From: Candidatus Peribacteria bacterium
GTDB lineage: Bacteria; Patescibacteriota; Gracilibacteria; Peribacterales; Peribacteraceae
NCBI GenBank assembly: GCA_009691305.1
Contig: SICS01000001.1
Span: 1-45,491, forward strand
Direction: 5' to 3'
DNA: 45,491 bases
Position numbers and translations under genes: made by a program. Shown here in pieces: positions 1 through 7,420 of the stretch (position 1 is its first letter; every line of letters starts with the position of its first letter). Under the pieces are notes generated by a model. That model worked only from the letters and a program-made list of their open reading frames with translations, searched no databases and was not told where the DNA came from.

Positions 1-1004
1 TCCATCATGATCTTCGCCAGCTCGTCCACACTCGTCTTCGCCTCCCAACCCAAGACTTTTTTGGCCTTGGACGCGTCGCCCAGGAGGTAATCGACCTCCG
101 CGGGACGGTAGAAGTGCGAGTCCACCTGCACGATCACCTTGCCGGTCTTCGTGTTCACATACTTCTCGTCTTTTCCCTTTCCAGAGCGCTCAAATGGGAT
201 GTGCGCGATGCCGAGGCAGAGTTCCAAAAACTCCCGGACGGACGCGGTTTTGCCGGTCGCGAGAACGAAATCGTCGGGTGTGTCCTGCTGGAGCATCTTC
301 CACATGCCTTCGACGAACTCGGGCGTGAATCCCCAGTCGCGGCGCGCCTCAAAGTTACCGATGTGGAGCGACTGCTGCTTGCCCGCCAGGATGCGTGCCA
401 AGCTCAGCGTAATCTTGCGCGTGACGAAGTTCTCGCCGCGGCGGGGCGACTCGTGGTTGAAGAGGATGCCGTTCACGGCGTACATGCCGTAACTCTCGCG
501 GTAGTTTTGCACGAGGTAGAACGCGTAGGCCTTGGCGCACGCATACGGGCTGCGGGGATGGAACGGCGTCTCCTCGTTCTGCATCTTGGCATTGGTCTTG
601 CCGTAGAGTTCGCTGGAGCTTGCCTGGTAGAAACGGACGCTGCGCTTGCTGGTGCGAATGGCTTCCAGAAGCCGCGCGGTGCCCAGGCCCGTCACGTCGC
701 CGGTGTACTCGGGGATGTCGAAACTGATGCCGACGTGCGACTGTGCGGCGAGGTTATAGATCTCGTCGGGTGCCGACACCTCCAGCACGCGCATGAGCGA
801 ACTGCTGTCGCCCAGGTCGCCGTAGTGGAGCTGGATCGGCAGGTCGGGAGTGTCGCTGTCGCTAAAGAGATGCTCGATCCGGCCGCGGTTGAATGTGGAC
901 GCCCGGCGCACCAATCCGTGCACTTCGTACCCCTTTTTGAGGAGCAATTCGGCGAGGTAGGAGCCATCTTGGCCAGTGATGCCGGTTATGAGCGCCTTCT
1001 TCAT
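1..1004 (-). CDS. gmd: GDP-mannose 4,6-dehydratase (start in window, 3' end runs off the left edge)
   Basis: Reverse translation from the ATG (complement of 1002-1004) gives MKKALITGITGQDGSYLAELLLKKGYEVHGLVRRASTFNRGRIEHL..LHYGDLGDSSSL..IYNLAAQSHV, a typical Gmd extended-SDR N-terminus. The frame stays open to base 1. It is absent from the ORF track because there is no stop in the window. Confidence 0.9.
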   Translation of the reverse strand, partial: MKKALITGITGQDGSYLAELLLKKGYEVHGLVRRASTFNRGRIEHLFSDSDTPDLPIQLHYGDLGDSSSLMRVLEVSAPDEIYNLAAQSHVGISFDIPEYTGDVTGLGTARLLEAIRTSKRSVRFYQASSSELYGKTNAKMQNEETPFHPRSPYACAKAYAFYLVQNYRESYGMYAVNGILFNHESPRRGENFVTRKITLSLARILAGKQQSLHIGNFEARRDWGFTPEFVEGMWKMLQQDTPDDFVLATGKTASVREFLELCLGIAHIPFERSGKGKDEKYVNTKTGKVIVQVDSHFYRPAEVDYLLGDASKAKKVLGWEAKTSVDELAKIMM

Positions 1005-1010
1005 TGGCAG

Positions 1011-1016
1011 ATTGTA
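1011..1016 (-). promoter_or_regulatory. -10-like box TACAAT, 6 nt upstream of the gmd ATG (candidate leaderless promoter)
   Basis: The complement of ATTGTA at 1011-1016 is TACAAT. The spacer 1005-1010 is 6 nt. There is no SD-like purine run. Confidence 0.4.
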
Positions 1017-1075
1017 GCGCACGTCTTCGACGTGCGATATTAAACCGCCCCTCCCCGCAGGTCGAAGACCTGCGC

Positions 1076-1081
1076 TATAAT
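1076..1081 (+). promoter_or_regulatory. Consensus -10 box TATAAT, 6 nt upstream of the ATG at 1088 (candidate leaderless promoter)
   Basis: The sequence reads TATAAT-agcctc-ATG, with no SD. Confidence 0.45.
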
Positions 1082-1087
1082 AGCCTC

Positions 1088-2341
1088 ATGAAGCTTGCTA
1101 TCGTCGGTTTAGGCTACGTGGGGCTGCCTTTGGCACATGCCTTCGCCAAGGCGGGTCATGACGTGGTGGGCTACGACATTTCGGAGCCCAGGATCACCGA
1201 ACTGCAGTCCGGAAAAGATCGGACACTGGAGCTCAGTAACAAGGAACTGAAGGCAGTCACGATTCAGTACACGATGGATGCGAAGGCACTGGAAGATCGC
1301 GATGTGATCATCCTGGCGCTGCCCACACCGGTGAATGACAAGAACGATCCTGACCTGACGATCCTGGAAAGTGCGACGAAGACGGTCGGCAAACATCTGA
1401 AGAAGGGCATGGTCGTCGTGTACGAATCGACCGTGTACCCCGGCGTGACCGAAGAAGTCTGCGGTCCGATCTTGGAGAAGGAATCGGGGCTGACGTGCGG
1501 GACAGACTTCATGCTGGGCTACTCCCCCGAACGCGTGAACCCGGGCGACCGCGAGCACACGATCGATAAGATCATGAAAGTCGTCGCGGGGCAGGACGAC
1601 AAGACGACGGACATGCTGTGCGAGCTGTACGGATCGATCGTCACCGCCGGTATCCATCGTGCGGGGTCGATCAAAGTCGCGGAGATGGCGAAGGCGATTG
1701 AGAATGCCCAGCGCGACCTGAACATCGCCTACATCAACGAGATCGCGATGCTCTGCAATGGCATCGGCATCCCGACCAAGGACGTCCTGGCCGCCGCCGG
1801 GACGAAGTGGAACTTCCTGAAGTTCCAGCCGGGACTCGTGGGTGGACACTGCATTGGTGTCGACCCCTATTACCTGGTGGAGAAAGCGAAGAAGCTGAAG
1901 CAACCGATGCGCGTGATCAGTGCGAGCCGTGCGGTGAATGATGGGATGAGTGGGTACGTGGTTGATCAAATTGAAAAGGAAATCCCGAAGAATTCTCGCA
2001 TACTCATCCTCGGCCTCACCTTTAAGGAGAACATTCCGGATACCCGCAACAGCAAGGCCATGGAGGTCGCCGAGGAATTCGCGAAGCGCGGCTTTGCGAC
2101 CGAAGTGCATGACCCGTTCCTGACAGCCGAGGAGATCAAGAAATGGAAGATGACCCCGGGGTCGCTCGATGAGGAACCGTACGACGCGATCGTCTTCCTC
2201 GTCCCTCACAAGGAATACCTGACGGCGGGCGTCGATGGAATCCTGAAGGCATTGAAGAAAGGAGGTGTGGTCTACGACCTGAAGTCGCTGCTGGACGGGG
2301 AGAAAGTGAAACAGGCAGGTGCGCAGTATTTGGCTCTGTGA
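1088..2341 (+). CDS. Nucleotide-sugar 6-dehydrogenase, TviB/WbpO-like (UDP-N-acetylhexosamine dehydrogenase family)
   Basis: MKLAIVGLGYVGLPLAHAF is a Rossmann N-terminus. GYSPERVNPGD and GLVGGHCIGVDPYY (catalytic Cys) are typical of the UDP-Glc/GDP-Man dehydrogenase family. The ORF-track start at 1004 reads through the REP region, so the ATG at 1088 is preferred. Confidence 0.85.
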   Translation: MKLAIVGLGYVGLPLAHAFAKAGHDVVGYDISEPRITELQSGKDRTLELSNKELKAVTIQYTMDAKALEDRDVIILALPTPVNDKNDPDLTILESATKTVGKHLKKGMVVVYESTVYPGVTEEVCGPILEKESGLTCGTDFMLGYSPERVNPGDREHTIDKIMKVVAGQDDKTTDMLCELYGSIVTAGIHRAGSIKVAEMAKAIENAQRDLNIAYINEIAMLCNGIGIPTKDVLAAAGTKWNFLKFQPGLVGGHCIGVDPYYLVEKAKKLKQPMRVISASRAVNDGMSGYVVDQIEKEIPKNSRILILGLTFKENIPDTRNSKAMEVAEEFAKRGFATEVHDPFLTAEEIKKWKMTPGSLDEEPYDAIVFLVPHKEYLTAGVDGILKALKKGGVVYDLKSLLDGEKVKQAGAQYLAL

Positions 2342-2345
2342 TACG

Positions 2346-3797
2346 ATGAGAACGATGAACATCATCCTGAAATCGTTCGACGGGCCCGGGGACCACCATA
2401 CGATCGAGCGGGCGTTCCAAGGCAAGCATCTCGGCACATGCATCTCGCTGCTGTGGGACGTGCGGGAGGTTCCAAAAATCGACGCGGACGAACACATCCT
2501 GCTGGACGCGCGGAAGCTGAAGAACGGCAAGTACCCCGACACGGACTGGAGTACGATCCCGCCGCTCGATGAAGAGTTGATTGAGAGCATGCGTCACTGC
2601 GAAGGCGTGTTTATGACCATGATCACGCGGCACTCGGTGGACGACATTCCCTTCGCCGAACGCAAGCGTCAGTACTACGAGCACCTGCGGTACTGGAACC
2701 ACATCATCGCGTCGAAGAAGATCGATTTCTTTCTACTGAACCACCCCCCGCACCAGTGCTACGACCTGGTGATCTACGACCTCTGCCGTCTCAAAAGCAT
2801 CCCGACGCTGATGATAGACCGGTGCAACTTCATCGAGACGACGTTGTTGATCGAAACGTGGGAGGAATCCGGCTCCGCGTTGCGCGACTGGATGGAGAAG
2901 AACAGGGCACAGTTCGGCAACCTGGCGACGCCCATCCCACTCTCGAAAAAAATGGAAAGCTTCTACGAAGCCCGGACGATCCGCGACGAAACGCCGTGGT
3001 ACATGTCCCCGCGACCGTCGTATCTGCTCCAGAAGAACTTCGTGCGAAAGTGGGCGGGGCGGGCGATGAGTATGATGGTGCGGAAACCGAAAAACTTGCT
3101 CACCGCCGTCCTCTCCCCCCGGTTCTGGACGCGGAAGCTGCGGGAGCATGCCACCATCAACGTGTACGACGAGCTGATGAAGCCCGCCGACCTCTCGCTC
3201 CCGTACGTGTACGTACCGTTCCACATGCAGCCCGAAGTGACGACGTGCCCGCTGGGCGGTGTTTTCGTCGATCAGGAACTGATGGTGCAGATGCTGGCCT
3301 CGTTCCTGCCGCCGGGCATCCGGCTGTACGTGAAGGAACACCCGCACCAGGGCGAACAGATGCGCAGCAGACAATTCTACGAATCTCTTGTGCGGATCTC
3401 CTCGGTGACGCTCGTGCCGCGGGATCTGAGCACCGTTGATCTGGAGAAGCATGCGGTCGCCGTTGCGACGGTCACCGGCACGGCGGGCTTGGAAGCACTC
3501 TTCCACTGCATCCCCGTGCTCATGTTCGGCCACTGTTACTACCAGTACGCATCGGGCGTGTACCGCATCCGCACCTCAGAGGAATGCAAGCGGGCGCTCG
3601 ATGACATCATTGTGAAGAAGACACGGCCCGAACTGCGCGACATGCGCCTCTTCCTGAAGGCCGCGGAGGAGTGCGGCGTCGTCTTCCAGCCACCGCTTGC
3701 GTCCGGCGAACAGTATTCCGAACCGCAAGCCACAGAACTGGGGACGGAAATCGCGAAGAAGATCGGGCAGATGGACGCTATGGCTTCTTCGCGATGA
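2346..3797 (+). CDS. KpsS-like (Capsule_synth-type) putative CMP-ulosonic/nonulosonic acid glycosyltransferase
   Basis: YVYVPFHMQPE..LYVKEHPHQ..ATVTGTAGLEALFHCIPVLMFGHCYY follows the PLQvxxD / vKxHP / TinSTvGlEAl pattern of capsule polysaccharide biosynthesis (KpsS/KpsC-type) proteins. It is a paralog of 31368-32852. An alternative start is the ATG at 2355 (TACGAT-N7). Confidence 0.55.
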   Translation: MRTMNIILKSFDGPGDHHTIERAFQGKHLGTCISLLWDVREVPKIDADEHILLDARKLKNGKYPDTDWSTIPPLDEELIESMRHCEGVFMTMITRHSVDDIPFAERKRQYYEHLRYWNHIIASKKIDFFLLNHPPHQCYDLVIYDLCRLKSIPTLMIDRCNFIETTLLIETWEESGSALRDWMEKNRAQFGNLATPIPLSKKMESFYEARTIRDETPWYMSPRPSYLLQKNFVRKWAGRAMSMMVRKPKNLLTAVLSPRFWTRKLREHATINVYDELMKPADLSLPYVYVPFHMQPEVTTCPLGGVFVDQELMVQMLASFLPPGIRLYVKEHPHQGEQMRSRQFYESLVRISSVTLVPRDLSTVDLEKHAVAVATVTGTAGLEALFHCIPVLMFGHCYYQYASGVYRIRTSEECKRALDDIIVKKTRPELRDMRLFLKAAEECGVVFQPPLASGEQYSEPQATELGTEIAKKIGQMDAMASSR

Positions 3798-4617
3798 CCC
3801 ACACGTAATCCACATTCCCTCTCCACTGCACGAGCAGCCGGAGGACCCATCGGATGATACCGAGGCCCGGGAGGGATGGTGTTGATGGGGATGGCGGCGA
3901 GTTCGCCTGTTTGGATCCTGATGTGTGAGCGGGCAACTTCTTCTTGCTGCCTTTCTTGAGTCCGAGTCGGAACAGGAGTTCCCCGATCCCCTTCCCGGCC
4001 ATGTCGAAATCGCGTATGCCACTCGCGACGATCTGGAACCCGACGGACTGGAGGAGTTTCGGGAGCGTCCGGTCGTCGAAATACCAGAGGTGCTCGGGGT
4101 AGAAGAGTTCCCACGCGTACCCGATGGTTCGCGGGGAGTAGCCGCGGAGGTTGGGCGTCTCCAGGACCAGGTGCCCGCCAGATGGGAGGGCATTGAAGAG
4201 TGTCTCCAGATCCTTCTTCGGGTGGTCCAGGTGTTCGATCACGTGGAAGAGGGTGATGACCGCAGGCTTCTTCTGCTCCGCGAGGGCAGGGAGGGAGTCG
4301 ATCGTGCCCTGGATGACGTCGAGACCATGTGACGTTCCGAATTCTGCACCCTGCTGGCTCGGTTCGATGCCCCAGCACCGTTGGTAGCCGCTGTCTCCGA
4401 GCGCCTGGAGGAACGCGCCGTCACCCGTGCCGATGTCACAGGTGGAGTCGAGCGGGATGTAGCCACCGATGGTCCGCACGCGGTCAGCGACATTCCGTTT
4501 CCGCCGCACTGCCTTCGCATCATTCACCCCGATATCCAGCGAATGGTAGTGGGTGTCCTCCAGGATCTTCTGCTGGAGCCAGAGCAGTCCGCATCCTGGG
4601 CACCGCAGCATCGCCAT
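3778..4617 (-). CDS. Class I SAM-dependent methyltransferase with an N-terminal Cys-rich (zinc-ribbon-like) segment
   Basis: CDIGTGDGAFL is SAM motif I, followed by VITLFHVIEHL and GGHLVLETPN. Its 3' end overlaps the convergent gene by 20 bp. The frame stays open upstream to 4683 (see finding). Confidence 0.8.
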   Translation of the reverse strand: MAMLRCPGCGLLWLQQKILEDTHYHSLDIGVNDAKAVRRKRNVADRVRTIGGYIPLDSTCDIGTGDGAFLQALGDSGYQRCWGIEPSQQGAEFGTSHGLDVIQGTIDSLPALAEQKKPAVITLFHVIEHLDHPKKDLETLFNALPSGGHLVLETPNLRGYSPRTIGYAWELFYPEHLWYFDDRTLPKLLQSVGFQIVASGIRDFDMAGKGIGELLFRLGLKKGSKKKLPAHTSGSKQANSPPSPSTPSLPGLGIIRWVLRLLVQWRGNVDYVWVIAKKP

Positions 4618-4694
4618 CCCGGCGACCGTGGATGGCTTCCCTGTTTGGCCGCAGATGACGCAGACCTGGCCTATGTCCCCATGCTACAGGAAAC

Positions 4695-6386
4695 TCACGA
4701 CGCCCGGACGTGCTGGGGATAGACGGAGAGGACCGTCCACGTTTTGCCCAGAGCCGTCACCGGGAAAATGTAGAGCGGCCGCCCGATGCGCCGGGAGAGG
4801 AACCGCATCATCGGCGTCCCCCGATTGGCGAAATCCGACGCCATAATGTCGTGGTCGGACAGGATGAACGCCGTGGGGAACAGCTTCTGTTTCTCGCCGG
4901 ATATCACCTCTTCTTCCGGGTTTTCCAGCGGCTTCCCGGCAACGATATCCCGCGCGAGGTCGTAGCGGAAATACGCTTCGTGCGGGAAGGCCTTCAGCAT
5001 GGCGTCGTCGAAGCCCTGCGGACGCACCGCCCGGCGGAAGCCCCAGAAGTGGAACACCGCATTGCCCCGCGGGTTGCCGCGGTTGTCGCTCGCGAGGTGC
5101 ATCACCGCGACCCTCTCCCCAGGCCTGCTGTGGAGCGTGATCGCCTCTTCCAACGCGGACTCCACATCCATGTAGTACGCCACCATCCGCACACGCTCCC
5201 GTTGGTAGAGCGAGACCGATACTGCCAGCAAAAGGACTGCGACCGCGGCGATGCCCCGCTGCAGCCAACGGGAGAATATGCTGCGCTGGAAATGGAGCGC
5301 GATGTAGTGCACGAGGAACGGAAGCACGAGGAAACTCGGGATGAGGTAGCGCACCGTGGACCCCGTATCCATCGAGATGTAGCCGAGGTTGATCCTCGCC
5401 ACGGCGTATGCACCGTTGGCGAGCAGCGCCCCCAGGAAGAGGGGGATGTCCACGGTCATCCGATCCCGGCGCACGTCCTCGCGGCCGGCCAAGTGCGTCG
5501 ATCGGCTGTCGAGGTCCCAGACCCACAAGCACGCGGCGACCCCGAGGATGAGGTACGCGATGAGCGTGTACAGCGGGAGGGTGTTCACGATCAGGAACGG
5601 GTTCTTCACCATGTGGATCGCTGTGTGGATCCACCCCGAGGTATGCATCTTCGCCTGCAGCTCGTCAAAGCGCCCGAGAGCGGGGTATGCCAGAGCCATG
5701 AACGAGACCGTCGCGACGGCCGGCACCACGAGGGGCGCGTACCACGGGAGCTGCTTCTGCTTCATGAGCCGCCACAGGAGCGGCACGAGTGCGACTGACA
5801 CCGCCAGCATGAGCGGCGCGGCGATAAACTTGATCGCCATCGAAAGCCCCAACAGGAGCCCGACGCCGATCAGGAGCTTTTGGGTGAAGCGGCGCATGTT
5901 GAGCAGGGCGCTCCAGATCAAAGCGAGTGCCGGCAGCAGGGCTGCACTTAGGAACGCATCTTCCCCAAAGGCATTGAGCACTTTGAGAAACGGTGTGGGC
6001 GCGATGATGAGCGCGCCACAGAGGAAGGCGACCGCGGCAGGCGTTTCGAGCGGGAGGAGGAAGATGAAAAGGGCAATCGCGAGCGCGTTGACGATTCCGA
6101 TGATCACGTACGCCACGTTCAGCACGTCCTGCGTCTTTGCCGGGTCGTTGCCGACCAGGTTGATGATCCCCGCCGAGAGGTAATGGATGGGCGTCCCAGG
6201 GTGGTAGACGTCTGCAAGCTCCGCGGAACCCGCCGCGACCAACCAACCGTTGTGGTAGTAGTCGTTCTCCAGGTCGTCCGCATTGAAGGCATACGGCCTG
6301 GGGGAAATGAGCGCGAAAAGCACCGTGCACGAGAGCAGCGCCCCTGTGAGAAGGGCAACAACAATGGTACGGGACCGCTTCATCAT
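4695..6386 (-). CDS. Polytopic integral membrane protein with a C-terminal soluble domain, GT-C-like putative glycosyltransferase
   Basis: The 563-aa protein has more than 10 hydrophobic segments and an acidic first loop (FNADDLENDYYHNGW) reminiscent of GT-C enzymes. About 170 aa at the C-terminus are non-membrane. The function call is tentative. Confidence 0.45.
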   Translation of the reverse strand: MMKRSRTIVVALLTGALLSCTVLFALISPRPYAFNADDLENDYYHNGWLVAAGSAELADVYHPGTPIHYLSAGIINLVGNDPAKTQDVLNVAYVIIGIVNALAIALFIFLLPLETPAAVAFLCGALIIAPTPFLKVLNAFGEDAFLSAALLPALALIWSALLNMRRFTQKLLIGVGLLLGLSMAIKFIAAPLMLAVSVALVPLLWRLMKQKQLPWYAPLVVPAVATVSFMALAYPALGRFDELQAKMHTSGWIHTAIHMVKNPFLIVNTLPLYTLIAYLILGVAACLWVWDLDSRSTHLAGREDVRRDRMTVDIPLFLGALLANGAYAVARINLGYISMDTGSTVRYLIPSFLVLPFLVHYIALHFQRSIFSRWLQRGIAAVAVLLLAVSVSLYQRERVRMVAYYMDVESALEEAITLHSRPGERVAVMHLASDNRGNPRGNAVFHFWGFRRAVRPQGFDDAMLKAFPHEAYFRYDLARDIVAGKPLENPEEEVISGEKQKLFPTAFILSDHDIMASDFANRGTPMMRFLSRRIGRPLYIFPVTALGKTWTVLSVYPQHVRAS

Positions 6387-6405
6387 ACGATGGAAGCCAT
6401 CGTAT
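6385..6405. other. Perfect 9-bp-stem hairpin (ATACGATGG-AAG-CCATCGTAT) abutting the start codon of the 4695-6386 gene
   Basis: Read directly. It overlaps the first 2 nt of the ATG (complement of 6384-6386). Confidence 0.5.
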
Positions 6406-6424
6406 CGAAGTCAGCCTCCACCTT

Positions 6425-7309
6425 CTAGTGCTGTAACACCAACCGCTCCGTCTTGCTCAAACTATCCACGATCTTGATCCCGTTCTCGAACGGCCAGAGG
6501 CTCGTGTTCGTCACGTAGAGCGCCGAGAACGCCAGGCGGGTGTGCCCCGTGGCCAGGCGGCTACCCAGGTGGTAGCACGAGCGGGTATCAATGTAGAACG
6601 CCGTCTCGGCCTTGCCGCTGACGCGTTGGACCTTCGACTTCTCTACCTGCTCGAACATCGATTCATCCGTGATCCGCTTGGGGAAGAAGTTGTTCTTCAC
6701 GTTCTTGGAGAGGTCCTTGGGGATGTAGGTGAACTCCCCGTCCTTCTCGTCGTTGACGTCCGTGCAGTAGATGAAAAGCTTGATCATCTTGCGGTCGTCG
6801 TAGTCGCAGTGCCACAACTGGGACTCCTGCCATCCGGTGTTCTCGGTGCCGTGGGACAGGTAGATCTCGACGGCGGCCAGGTAGGGCACTTCGCCCAGGT
6901 ACGCGCTTGCCATGTTGAGGACAGCGGGCTGCATGGCCATCTTCACGAGAAGGCTGTTGCTCTCGCGGTCGGCCTCCGTCTCTAGCTGCTTCCAGAAATT
7001 CTTCCCCTTTCCCGCCTCGGTGCTGTACGAGACGTTCTTCGCGCGCTCGCGGAGGGAGGCACAGAGCTGTGTGAGCAGACCCGAGTCGACATCGGCGTTC
7101 GCAGGGGCAAACCCTTCCTTCTCCAGCACCTGCCACCGCTGCTTCTGCTCCGGCGGGAGGGCATTGATCTTCTCCTGCGCGCCCTTGCGGCGCTCGAGGT
7201 AGGACTGGAAGTTCGCCAAGCGCAATCCGTACACGCGGGACACGCGGAACGGGCTGCCGTAGCGCCAACGGTTCTTCCACAGGGATCGGACGGGTGGGAC
7301 AGGGATCAT
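6425..7309 (-). CDS. Putative Fe(II)/2-oxoglutarate-dependent oxygenase (PhyH-like)
   Basis: LWHCDYDD gives a WHxD (HxD) motif and a distal His lies in SCYHLGS. The start is set at the ATG at 7309 (TAGAGT-N8), because the ORF-track extension to 7534 reads through a repeat element. Confidence 0.5.
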   Translation of the reverse strand: MIPVPPVRSLWKNRWRYGSPFRVSRVYGLRLANFQSYLERRKGAQEKINALPPEQKQRWQVLEKEGFAPANADVDSGLLTQLCASLRERAKNVSYSTEAGKGKNFWKQLETEADRESNSLLVKMAMQPAVLNMASAYLGEVPYLAAVEIYLSHGTENTGWQESQLWHCDYDDRKMIKLFIYCTDVNDEKDGEFTYIPKDLSKNVKNNFFPKRITDESMFEQVEKSKVQRVSGKAETAFYIDTRSCYHLGSRLATGHTRLAFSALYVTNTSLWPFENGIKIVDSLSKTERLVLQH

Positions 7310-7370
7310 AGAGGTCCACTCTAAGAGGGGGCACTGGGCAGCGCAAGATAAAGTCATCCCTGAATACATA

Positions 7371-7420
7371 GGGGCAGGCATACCTGCCTGCCAAAAGCGG
7401 GCAAGTATGCCCGCTCTCAG
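7371..7420. repeat. Twin-hairpin dispersed repeat, copy A (GCAGGCA-TACC-TGCCTGC + GCGGGCA-AGTA-TGCCCGC)
   Basis: It is near-identical to 17171-17216, 34757-34808 and (inverted) 45241-45286. Confidence 0.8.

Larger units (their letters stand above)
1011..1081. repeat. Two back-to-back REP-like hairpin elements filling the gmd/dehydrogenase divergent intergenic region
   Basis: GCGCACGTC-TTC-GACGTGCG lies at 1017-1036 and CGCAGGTC-GAA-GACCTGCG at 1056-1074, in the opposite orientation. The same core recurs at 17631-17649, 21754-21947, 22540-22563 and 36240-36362. Confidence 0.75.
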
